Source of the DNA: Patescibacteria group bacterium
GTDB lineage: Bacteria > Patescibacteriota > Microgenomatia > Levybacterales > UBA12049
Reading direction: 5' to 3'
NCBI GenBank assembly: GCA_023473785.1
Contig: JAMCYD010000001.1
Span: 1-48,486 of the forward strand
DNA: 48,486 bases
Shown here: in pieces, positions 18,590 to 26,046 of the stretch
Position numbering within the stretch: the stretch's first letter is position 1
Layout: the number at the start of each line of letters is the position of its first letter
Notes under the pieces: model-generated
What the model was told of the DNA's origin: nothing
Database searches by the model: none
What the model saw: the letters and a program-made list of their open reading frames with translations, nothing else
Program-made: the position numbers and the translations under genes

Positions 18590-18624
18590 TCCGCCAGCTG
18601 GCGGAGGTAGAGCAGAGCCTGTTT
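18577..18624 (+). pseudogene. Degenerate duplicate of the 5' half of tRNA-Asn (acceptor 5' strand through anticodon), with the D-loop replaced by a 16-nt palindrome
   Basis: TCCTCTGTAGCTC[TCCGCCAGCTGGCGGA]GGTAGAGCA-GAGCCTGTT aligns with TCCTCTGTAGCTC[AGT]GGTAGAGCACTCGCCTGTT of the intact gene. No 3' half follows it. Confidence 0.6.
18590..18605. repeat. Perfect GC-rich 16-nt palindrome TCCGCCAGCTGGCGGA
   Basis: Self-complementary. A near-identical copy (17 of 18 nt including the flanking GG) lies at 31554..31571 inside pcrA. Confidence 0.85.
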
Positions 18625-18866
18625 ATGTATTACATTTATGCTGTGTATAACAAAAACAGTAATAAAATATATATTGGTCAAACAGAAAATTTAGAAGAGC
18701 GATTAAGGCTTCATAATGAAAGGGCATTTAAGCATAGTTATACATCTAGATTTATTGGAGAATGGAGCTTAATATATAAAGAAGAAGCTGATAATAGAAT
18801 TACAGCATTAAAAAGGGAGAAGCAGTTAAAGAGTTTTCGAGGAAGAGAATTTATAAAACAACATAT
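18625..18866 (+). mobile_element. Putative GIY-YIG cassette inserted at the anticodon loop position of tRNA-Asn (boundaries approximate)
   Basis: A nuclease ORF is bracketed by a duplicated tRNA 5' half. See the finding for 18551..18941. Mobility itself is inferred. Confidence 0.35.
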
Positions 18867-18876
18867 TCCTCTGTAG
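18625..18876 (+). CDS. Small GIY-YIG nuclease family protein (83 aa, UPF0213/COG2827-like)
   Basis: YYIYAVYNKNSNKIYIGQTENLEERLRLHN carries the GIY...YIG motifs. A downstream R and E (ALKREKQLK) are present. The last 10 nt, including the TAG stop, overlap the tRNA-Asn 5' end. Confidence 0.8.
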   Translation: MYYIYAVYNKNSNKIYIGQTENLEERLRLHNERAFKHSYTSRFIGEWSLIYKEEADNRITALKREKQLKSFRGREFIKQHIPL

Positions 18877-18879
18877 CTC
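18863..18879 (+). repeat. 17-nt direct repeat ATATTCCTCTGTAGCTC (copy 2)
   Basis: Identical to 18573..18589. Confidence 0.9.
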
Positions 18880-18941
18880 AGTGGTAGAGCACTCGCCTGT
18901 TAAGCGATTGGTCGGAGGTTCGAATCCTCCCGGAGGAGCCA
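18867..18941 (+). tRNA. tRNA-Asn (anticodon GTT), with encoded CCA
   Basis: Hand-folded cloverleaf. Acceptor stem is TCCTCTG/CGGAGGA (one G-U). D arm is GCTC-AGTGGTA-GAGC. The anticodon loop is CTGTTAA. T arm is GGAGG-TTCGAAT-CCTCC. The discriminator is G, followed by CCA. 75 nt. Confidence 0.9.
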
Positions 18942-18981
18942 GATATTTTAGCCTCGATTTATGCTATAATTCCTCCTTATT

Positions 18982-19560
18982 ATGACATCGCCTGAGCAAC
19001 TTCTAACTTTTTATCAAAGAGGATTAATGCCAGAAGCTGGATTTAGATATACAGATGTTTATGCAGATGCAGCTAGATTATTAAGCATTGCTTATTCAGA
19101 GCAGCATCACGAGCCTCCGCCTAGGGTTCATCCTCAAAGTTTCGATGAGATTTGGTTGATGCGTGACAAACTTGCTAAATTCAATGTCTCATTAGGGAGA
19201 TCTCTAGAAGATCAAGAAGCTTATTATGCTTTTATAAAAACAATGGATAAACCAGATCAGTTAATCGTTGATAAGTATTTTGATGGAAAAATATCGCCGG
19301 ATGACAGAAGATTTGCAATTGTTCCGAATGAATATCCTGCGTCAATGCCTTCTGATGCACAGCATTTTTTAATGTGGTACATTGACAATGGTTTACCAAA
19401 TAGTTGGGTAGTTGATAAAATTGCTGAGTATATTATAGAACAAAAATTAACAACTGCCGATTTTGCTGCTTATCGTAAACCATCGAACGCTGGTTCTTTT
19501 TTACCAGGTTTTTCTCGTTCAATAAGTTTGCCACATGTGCATCTTATATTAAGAAGATAA
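18982..19560 (+). CDS. Hypothetical protein (192 aa) with a C-terminal H-x-H-x-hydrophobic motif (LPHVHLIL), possibly a HIT-like fold
   Basis: ORF behind TGCTATAAT (18962..18970). Motifs IVPNEYP...HFLMWY and PHVHLIL are present. The family is not securely recognised. Confidence 0.6.
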   Translation: MTSPEQLLTFYQRGLMPEAGFRYTDVYADAARLLSIAYSEQHHEPPPRVHPQSFDEIWLMRDKLAKFNVSLGRSLEDQEAYYAFIKTMDKPDQLIVDKYFDGKISPDDRRFAIVPNEYPASMPSDAQHFLMWYIDNGLPNSWVVDKIAEYIIEQKLTTADFAAYRKPSNAGSFLPGFSRSISLPHVHLILRR

Positions 19561-19634
19561 GCTCTAACGCGTCGTCCATTCCTCGTCTGATATAATCTCC
19601 TTACGGTAAGCTTGGTTAATTAGGCTTTTATTTT

Positions 19635-20243
19635 ATGGATTATTTGGGGTATTTTAAAAGAGTAGATCCTGTCATTTACGGTTTATCCCTAAGAGCTGGG
19701 ATAAAAAATATTGAAGTTCCCAAGGACTATTTTACCTCATTGACCCGAAAGATAGTAGGACAACAGCTATCGGTAAAAGCCGCGCAAACTATTTTTTCAA
19801 GATTCGTATTGCTTTTTCCGAAAGGAAATATTTCACCGAAGAGTCTACTGGAAATAAAAGATGAAGATATAAGGGGAGCAGGTCTTTCCTGGCCAAAGGT
19901 CCGCTATCTAAAAGCAATGGCACAGGATATTTTGGATAAAAAGGTGGTATTGGAGGGACTTGATAAGCTAACTGACGAGCAAATCATAGAAATTCTTACC
20001 AAGCTTAAAGGTTTTGGCCGGTGGAGCGCTGAGATGTTTCTGATGTTTGATCTTGGAAGAGAAGATATCTTCTCAGCAGGGGATTTAGGATTAAGAAGAG
20101 CAATTGAAAGACATTACAAACTGAAAAATCCATCAGAGAAGAGGCTTCTTAGCATATCTAAGAAATGGACGCCCTACAGAACTTATGCGTGCCGCGTGCT
20201 ATGGAAAAGCCTCGAGCTTAACCAAGCCCTAAACAAATTTTGA
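19635..20243 (+). CDS. HhH-GPD family DNA glycosylase (3-methyladenine glycosylase II / AlkA-like)
   Basis: IVGQQLSVKAA, the helix-hairpin-helix LKGFGRWSAEMFLMF, and the catalytic-region DLGLRRA are present. Confidence 0.8.
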   Translation: MDYLGYFKRVDPVIYGLSLRAGIKNIEVPKDYFTSLTRKIVGQQLSVKAAQTIFSRFVLLFPKGNISPKSLLEIKDEDIRGAGLSWPKVRYLKAMAQDILDKKVVLEGLDKLTDEQIIEILTKLKGFGRWSAEMFLMFDLGREDIFSAGDLGLRRAIERHYKLKNPSEKRLLSISKKWTPYRTYACRVLWKSLELNQALNKF

Positions 20244-20255
20244 TATAATCATCTC

Positions 20256-20468
20256 ATGTATCCTAGGCTTCTTTTATACATTCTTCTTGCAATGATATTT
20301 TATGATTTTTCAATACATCTAATTTATTTCTTCAAAAAAGAACAGTTCTTTTTAAAACGAAAAATTAATTATTGGCCAGAGTGGTCAGGACGCAAATATC
20401 AAACCTTTTGGGTTCTTTTCTGGGGAAGTGCTCTTTTACTCTTGTTGATTTATATACTTTCTAAATAG
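20256..20468 (+). CDS. Small membrane protein (70 aa, two predicted TM segments)
   Basis: TGATATAAT lies 6 nt upstream of the ATG. Two hydrophobic stretches are present. Confidence 0.45.
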   Translation: MYPRLLLYILLAMIFYDFSIHLIYFFKKEQFFLKRKINYWPEWSGRKYQTFWVLFWGSALLLLLIYILSK

Positions 20469-20603
20469 GTAATTCAGATAGTAATTCCCCGCATAATTAA
20501 TCAAAGGGAGTAAGTTAGCCTCAAAGAAGATATCAAAATACATACCCCCGAATAGGACAATGGAATCTTTTGCTATAATAAATAACAATCGAGAGTAATT
20601 AAA

Positions 20604-21152
20604 ATGTCAAAAATTGACTTTAATACTAAACTTTATAAAATTAAAGACTGGACAATTCTTAGACTCCCGCAAGATGCAAGTGCAAAACTTCCTACAAGAA
20701 GTATGACTATGGTTTCGGGGACTATCAACGGCGTTCCTTTTAAAACCTTGCTTGAGCCTGATGGGGTGTATGGACAGGGGAAAAAACCGAGCCATTGGTT
20801 TAAGCCCGACGAAAAATTGCTTGACGCCGCTTCTGCCAAAGCAGGCGACACCGTACGAGTTTTGCTTGAACCAACTAAAGAATGGGTAGAGCCGGAAGTT
20901 CCCGAGGATTTGAAGAAAGCTCTTTCAACTTCCAAAAAAGCTGAAGATTTATGGAAAGACATTACCACAAGTGCTCGTTGGGACTGGATCCGCTGGATCC
21001 GGGCTGTCAAAGCTCCCGAAACTCGCCAAAAGCATCTTCAGGTAATGCTGGACAAACTTAATAAAGGTATGAGAAGGCCGTGCTGTTTTAACCGCAATCT
21101 ATGCAGCGAGCCTTATGTATCGCATAACTGGGCGCTTCTTGAGCCCGCATAA
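20604..21152 (+). CDS. DUF1905 plus YdeI/OmpD-associated family protein
   Basis: The N-terminal pattern W.ILRLP...LPTR....V.GTING.PF...L.P.G and the C-terminal WDWIRWI...ETRQKH pattern are typical of this two-domain family. Confidence 0.7.
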   Translation: MSKIDFNTKLYKIKDWTILRLPQDASAKLPTRSMTMVSGTINGVPFKTLLEPDGVYGQGKKPSHWFKPDEKLLDAASAKAGDTVRVLLEPTKEWVEPEVPEDLKKALSTSKKAEDLWKDITTSARWDWIRWIRAVKAPETRQKHLQVMLDKLNKGMRRPCCFNRNLCSEPYVSHNWALLEPA

Positions 21153-21286
21153 ACAATCGCAGCAAGCAAAATAGATTCTAATCCTTCAGATCCTTCAGTG
21201 TAACTTTGTTTGAATTTTACTTCTTGACAACAGTTTGTTTATGTGATATGTTTCTAACATAAGGTTAATTATATCTAACTAAAAAT

Positions 21287-21715
21287 ATGATAGCAAAGCC
21301 AAATTGGTTTAACAGAAGAAAATATACGGGTTGGGGACTAATGCCTAAAGCTTGGCAAGGCGTTGTATATGTTGTAATCATTGTCGCAGTAATAGTTTTT
21401 ATTCAAAATCTTGCTTTAGATGAAACGCTAAAAATGATTTTGACAGGAATCTGGGCGATCTTTGTCTTAATCGATGTTTTACAAGTTATGGCCTCAATTA
21501 AATTAGATGAAAGAGAGCAAAAAATTGAAGCAATTGCAGAGAGGAACGCATCATGGACAATGGTTGCCTCAACAGCTTTAGTTATTCTTTATATTACAAC
21601 TATTGGAAAAGAGCTAAAAGGTGCAGAATTAATTCCAGCTCTAATTTTCCCGATTGCAGCCGGGGTTATTGTTAAGGGATTATCAAATTTTATTTTAGAC
21701 AAGCAAGGAGTATAG
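21287..21715 (+). CDS. Membrane protein (4 TM) encoded directly upstream of an XRE regulator (DUF2178-like arrangement)
   Basis: Hydrophobic profile. The stop lies 9 nt from the start of the HTH gene. Confidence 0.6.
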   Translation: MIAKPNWFNRRKYTGWGLMPKAWQGVVYVVIIVAVIVFIQNLALDETLKMILTGIWAIFVLIDVLQVMASIKLDEREQKIEAIAERNASWTMVASTALVILYITTIGKELKGAELIPALIFPIAAGVIVKGLSNFILDKQGV

Positions 21716-21724
21716 GGATGAAAG

Positions 21725-21913
21725 ATGAAGACGAGAATAAAAGAATTTCGGGCAAAATATAATCTTACCCAAGAAGAATTGGCAGAAAAAGTAGGAGTAA
21801 GAAGAGAGACAATCGTTTTTTTGGAGAAGGGAAAATATAACCCGTCTTTAAAATTAGCTTTCGATATTTCTAAAGTCCTAAACGCTAAAATAGAAGAATT
21901 GTTTCTGTTTTAA
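21725..21913 (+). CDS. XRE family helix-turn-helix transcriptional regulator (62 aa)
   Basis: [48 protein letters not shown] is a classic Cro/C1-type HTH. Confidence 0.85.
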   Translation: MKTRIKEFRAKYNLTQEELAEKVGVRRETIVFLEKGKYNPSLKLAFDISKVLNAKIEELFLF

Positions 21914-21950
21914 ATGGGGAAGAATTTCAAATCATCAAGCACTTATTAAA

Positions 21951-21979
21951 TTGACAGCAAATAACAATTGATTTATATT
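21951..21979 (+). promoter_or_regulatory. Promoter TTGACA-17 nt-TATATT, 6 nt before GTG 21986
   Basis: TTGACA at 21951..21956 and TATATT at 21974..21979. Confidence 0.5.
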
Positions 21980-21985
21980 TGTATT

Positions 21986-22354
21986 GTGAATAGACAATTA
22001 CTTAAAGACACTTTAGGTTGGGGATTTTTGCTTTGGTTAATTGGTTATATTTTGGGCATTGTTCTTTTTATGGTTGTTCCACCAATGCTTCTTGGCTGGA
22101 TAATTATGCCAGTTGGAATTGTCATCACGCTTTGGGTTTTGTTGAAAAAAATTAAAGCCGGTTCGCTTAATTATTATCTGTTATTGGCAGTTGTTTGGAC
22201 ACTTATCGCCGTTGTTTTTGATTACTTTTTTCTGGTTAAAATCTTTAAGCCCGCAGGCGGATATTACAAATTAGATGTCTACTTATACTATATTCTGACA
22301 TTTGTTTTACCCCTTGCTGTTAGTTGGTATAAATTAAACCAAAAGCACATTTAA
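21986..22354 (+). CDS. Membrane protein (about 4 TM)
   Basis: Hydrophobic ORF. I place the start at the GTG at 21986 because the promoter overlaps the TTG at 21968 suggested by the ORF track. Confidence 0.6.
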   Translation: MNRQLLKDTLGWGFLLWLIGYILGIVLFMVVPPMLLGWIIMPVGIVITLWVLLKKIKAGSLNYYLLLAVVWTLIAVVFDYFFLVKIFKPAGGYYKLDVYLYYILTFVLPLAVSWYKLNQKHI

Positions 22355-22366
22355 TATAATTTCGTC

Positions 22367-22726
22367 ATGCAAAAATATAGTTCAACAGATGAATACATAA
22401 ACAATTTTCCGCTTAAAGTGCAGGATAAGCTTAATAAGATGAGACAGGCGATAAAAGAAGAAGTCCCTTCGGAAACTCAAGAAAAAATAGGTTACGGGAT
22501 TCCGACATTTTACCTAAAAGGCAATTTGGTTCACTTTGCCGCATTTAAGGATCACATAAGCTTTTTCCCAACAAGCTCCGGCGTTGCCAAATTTATGAAT
22601 GAACTGTCAAAATACCAAATTTCCAAAGGCACAATCCAGTTTCCCTTAAGCGAGGAGCTACCAATTGCGCTTATTAAAAAAATTGTAAAATTTAGAGTGA
22701 AAGAAAATTTAGAAAAGAAAGGGTGA
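22367..22726 (+). CDS. DUF1801 (YdhG-like) domain protein
   Basis: The YGIPTFYLKGNLVHFAAFKDHISFFP and GTIQFPL patterns are typical of DUF1801. Confidence 0.7.
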   Translation: MQKYSSTDEYINNFPLKVQDKLNKMRQAIKEEVPSETQEKIGYGIPTFYLKGNLVHFAAFKDHISFFPTSSGVAKFMNELSKYQISKGTIQFPLSEELPIALIKKIVKFRVKENLEKKG

Positions 22727-22778
22727 GTTTCATCCCGCGGAGCTGGATCTTTAACTTCAAAGTGATTTAATACTTTTA

Positions 22779-23297
22779 ATGAAGAAAGCAATTGTTTTAA
22801 CAGCAGATAAGTTTGAAGATATGGAAGTTTATGTTCCAATCTTCAGGCTTATGGAAGAAGGGTGGCAGGTTGATGTAGCTGCTCCCAAAAAAGAAGAAAT
22901 CAGCGGTGAGAATGGATATTCGTTAATGCCGGATAAAACTATTTCTCAGGTTAATCCTGATGATTACGATCTTTTAATTATTCCAGGAGGTTCTCCAGAC
23001 GGAGCCCCAGCAACTGTTCGCAAAATCAAAAAAGCCCAGGAAATTACTAAGTCTTTTTTTGCAAAGAATAAACCGGTTGCTTCAATTTGCCACGGTCCCT
23101 GGACGCTTGCCGATGCAGGCGTTGTTAAGGGCAGACATTTAACATCGTTTTGGCATGATAATGTACCCGAAGATATAAAAAAAGCCGGGGGGATTTGGGA
23201 AGATAAAGAAGTAGTTGTCGACGGAAATTTAATTACATCGCGCTATCCTATGGACCTACCCTTCTTTCTGAGGGAATTAATGAAGATATTAAAATAA
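22779..23297 (+). CDS. DJ-1/PfpI family protein
   Basis: The nucleophile elbow ASICHGPW, LIIPGG and the overall 172-aa size fit this family. Confidence 0.85.
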   Translation: MKKAIVLTADKFEDMEVYVPIFRLMEEGWQVDVAAPKKEEISGENGYSLMPDKTISQVNPDDYDLLIIPGGSPDGAPATVRKIKKAQEITKSFFAKNKPVASICHGPWTLADAGVVKGRHLTSFWHDNVPEDIKKAGGIWEDKEVVVDGNLITSRYPMDLPFFLRELMKILK

Positions 23298-23371
23298 TAG
23301 ATACCAACTTTTTCTATTCTTCGGAGTACGCTATTCTAGTCTAGAAGCATTTTTGATATAATTTCCCTACT

Positions 23372-23941
23372 GTGGCCAAAGAAGATCAACCTGGAAAATC
23401 TCAAGCGTTAGCTCTTCCCGTTGCGGATTTCGATTCATTCTGTAAACAGCTTTTGGAAGAAGGCCTAGGTTATGATCAGTTGCCGCAGGAAATAGTAGAA
23501 AAAGTAGGCACTCATACGAGCATTTTGCTTCATGATTACCCCAAAAAGGATGGGCGATGGATCTCTATTCATTATAGAGAAGGTCTTGAGTCGCTGGCCG
23601 GTATTAAAACGTTTCTAGGAAGGGGTAGGGCATTTTTAACAAATTTAGCAAACGACTTGTATCTTCTTTCAGAAAGGTTAGAAGGAGATTTAAGAGACGT
23701 TGACATGATTTACGGCCTTTCTCAAGTATCAGCCTCTTGGGGAGGAAACCATGGTTTTTCCACAGAAAAATTTACAGACGACCCTGAAATTATCAGAAGA
23801 CACATTCAATCAATTACCGGCCTATCACCTCAAACAAACGATCAAGCTCCTTTAACTCTTTTTGTAATTGGAAGAGAGGTATTTCTTCGGCATTTTCATA
23901 GAGTCCCTAAGGCTCAGGCTGTCGATCTAGTTGGTAATTAA
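23372..23941 (+). CDS. Hypothetical protein (189 aa)
   Basis: ORF with a GTG start, 9 nt after TGATATAAT (23354..23362). No family recognised. Confidence 0.55.
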   Translation: MAKEDQPGKSQALALPVADFDSFCKQLLEEGLGYDQLPQEIVEKVGTHTSILLHDYPKKDGRWISIHYREGLESLAGIKTFLGRGRAFLTNLANDLYLLSERLEGDLRDVDMIYGLSQVSASWGGNHGFSTEKFTDDPEIIRRHIQSITGLSPQTNDQAPLTLFVIGREVFLRHFHRVPKAQAVDLVGN

Positions 23942-23995
23942 TCCGCTGATTTTTAGTCCAAATTTATACCCTTGAAATTTTGCTATAATGTTGGA

Positions 23996-24568
23996 GTGAG
24001 AAACGCAATTGTCCTTCATGGCGGTCCCAGTAAGAAAGAATATTACGATCCAAAAATGCCAAGCATGAGTAACTCTCATTGGATACCCTGGCTTCAAGGC
24101 CAGTTGTTAAAAAATGAAATTTCAACCGCAACGCCTGAAGTGCCACATTCCTTTAACCGTCATTGGCCAACTTGGGAAAAAGAAGTGAAGCGTTTTGATA
24201 TTACCCCTGAAACAATATTGGTTGGCCATAGTACGGGGGCTGGATTTTTCATTAAATACCTAAGCATTCATCCGGAAATTACCGTAGATAAAGTTGTTTT
24301 GGTTGCACCATGGCTTGATCCTTACCAAGAACACACTAAGAATTTTTTTGATGATTTTATTATTGATCCAGACTTAGCATCTCGGACTAAAGGAATAACC
24401 GTTCTTTATTCGGATGATGATGAAAAAAGCGTTCTTAGGACCGTAGAAATTATTAAAGAGAAAATTAAAAAGGCCGTCTTTAACGAGTTCCACGGTTATG
24501 GTCATTTTTGTTTTGAGGATTTAAAAACTGTTGAGTTTCCCGAACTTCTTAAAGTTATATTAAAGTAA
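23996..24568 (+). CDS. Alpha/beta hydrolase, YdeN/RBBP9-like serine hydrolase
   Basis: An IVLHGG start and the nucleophile elbow GHSTGA are present. D and H candidates lie near the C-terminus (SDDD, HGYGHF). The GTG at 23996 is 6 nt after TGCTATAAT (23981..23989). Confidence 0.7.
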   Translation: MRNAIVLHGGPSKKEYYDPKMPSMSNSHWIPWLQGQLLKNEISTATPEVPHSFNRHWPTWEKEVKRFDITPETILVGHSTGAGFFIKYLSIHPEITVDKVVLVAPWLDPYQEHTKNFFDDFIIDPDLASRTKGITVLYSDDDEKSVLRTVEIIKEKIKKAVFNEFHGYGHFCFEDLKTVEFPELLKVILK

Positions 24569-24631
24569 TAAGTTATAACTTTTTCCACCTTTCGGAACAT
24601 TATTTACTATGAAACGTGATATACTAATTTC

Positions 24632-24970
24632 ATGAGCATTCTTATTAAGTGGTTAGTGAGTGCGTTAGCCATTTTAGTTACAGCATATCTATTGCCGGGA
24701 ATTCACATCGCTAGCTTTACCACCGCACTTGTTGTTGCAGTTGTGCTGGGTATTATCAATACAGTTGTAAAACCAGTTCTTCTTATCCTTACGCTCCCGA
24801 TTACCATTCTCACTTTAGGCTTATTCACTCTTGTAATCAATGCAGCCGTTATTATCTTAACTTCTTATCTTGTTCCTGGGTTTAAAGTTGATGGGTTTTG
24901 GTGGGCTTTGCTTTTTAGTATAGTTTTATCAGTCGTAAATTGGTTCCTTAATCAATTAAAGACAAAATAA
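24632..24970 (+). CDS. DUF360 / phage-holin-4-like small membrane protein (YvlD-like)
   Basis: 112 aa with four TM segments. The LLPG....F..A...A..LG..N..VKP pattern is typical of this family. Confidence 0.75.
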   Translation: MSILIKWLVSALAILVTAYLLPGIHIASFTTALVVAVVLGIINTVVKPVLLILTLPITILTLGLFTLVINAAVIILTSYLVPGFKVDGFWWALLFSIVLSVVNWFLNQLKTK

Positions 24971-25035
24971 GCTCTAGCACTCTCCATCAATTCCCGGAGC
25001 CAGTTTATATGTTGATTGATATAGTAAGCTAAAGT

Positions 25036-26013
25036 CTATTTTATAAATCCGCCAAGCGTATTAAAGAGGAGAGATTGAGAAGTATTCACTACTTTCCCAT
25101 TCTGCGCAGACAATTTTACCTGAACCGGAGAATTTACATCAAAAATACCAAATAATTTTCCTTTTTTCTCGCCTTGTACTGTATAATTTACCCCTGTTTC
25201 GTCTTTTGTTAAGTTAATTTTTGCTTTGGTTATATCCTGTGCGCTTAAAGATCCTTTCTCAAGAATGCCTTGAAGAGCTTCTGTTGGGAGAACAGAAACT
25301 TTTGTAGATGCATTGGAAGATGGAACGCTAAGCGAGTGCGTTAATGTATCTATTTGCAAGGGCAAGGCGGTTGTTACCTGTGTATGACCTTGCTGAATAG
25401 TTAATTGGCGAGCCTGGTCTGATTTAATTGTCAATACCGGTTGTCCATTTGATCCTTGTGCCACTACCTGATCAACGGTTTTACTGACAACATTACTTGG
25501 AGCAAAGGAAGTTGATTTTGGACTAACAATAGTTGGAGAAGTTTTCGGAGCTGTTGGCTTTGGAGAGGTTTTTGAATTTGCAGATATTCCCGTAGGTGAA
25601 GTTTTCGCAGCTTGATTTGTAATAGGTTGAGGAGTCTTTGGTGCTGCTTCGGTAGTTATTGTTACTTGCATTTTTTTATCATTATTGATGGGTGGATTGA
25701 TCTGAACAGTGCTTTGAGCGTGAGGAGGGACTAAGGGCACTACTTTTGCTGGCGTTTGTGATGCTGGATGAGAGGGTGGTGGAGGTGGAGGATTAGACTT
25801 TTGAGCAGGGGCTGCCGGCTTTGGCGATTCCTTAATTGGAATATTCTTAGCGGTACTTTCACCAAGGACGCCATTATTATTTGTGATAACCAAAATGACT
25901 TTTCCATCATCTTGAATAATTAAATCATCAGCTTTTGCAATCATAACCTGAGCTGAAAAGGGAAAGATAAGCAGAAGCAGTAAGAATAATGCAAATAATT
26001 TTTTTATACTCAT
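25036..26013 (-). CDS. Secreted low-complexity P/T/S/A/K-rich protein with a signal peptide
   Basis: N-terminus MSIKKLFALFLLLLLIFPFSAQVMIAKA. A central proline-rich tract includes PPPPPPS. TGCTATACT lies 15 nt upstream on the minus strand. Confidence 0.6.
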   Translation of the reverse strand: MSIKKLFALFLLLLLIFPFSAQVMIAKADDLIIQDDGKVILVITNNNGVLGESTAKNIPIKESPKPAAPAQKSNPPPPPPSHPASQTPAKVVPLVPPHAQSTVQINPPINNDKKMQVTITTEAAPKTPQPITNQAAKTSPTGISANSKTSPKPTAPKTSPTIVSPKSTSFAPSNVVSKTVDQVVAQGSNGQPVLTIKSDQARQLTIQQGHTQVTTALPLQIDTLTHSLSVPSSNASTKVSVLPTEALQGILEKGSLSAQDITKAKINLTKDETGVNYTVQGEKKGKLFGIFDVNSPVQVKLSAQNGKVVNTSQSLLFNTLGGFIK

Positions 26014-26046
26014 AACTTATTAACTAATAGTATAGCATGACAACTA

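Noticed and set aside
19558-19566. The stop-codon context TAAGCTC(T/A) recurs after three unrelated genes (19558, 24968, 28053)
   Set aside because: Only 7-9 nt are shared and no secondary structure follows. This is probably chance. It would need a genome-wide count to mean anything.
20633-21010. 125-aa and 62-aa minus-strand ORFs opposite the DUF1905/YdeI gene
   Set aside because: They are antisense shadows. The plus-strand protein has recognisable two-domain family patterns and a promoter.
21181-21198. Tandem 9-mer ATCCTTCAG x2 downstream of the YdeI-like gene
   Set aside because: There are two copies only and no further occurrences in the window. It is a likely trivial duplication.
24632-24970. 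Phage-holin-4-like protein as evidence of a prophage
   Set aside because: The DUF360/YvlD family is widespread in chromosomal contexts. No capsid, terminase, integrase or lysin genes are nearby.
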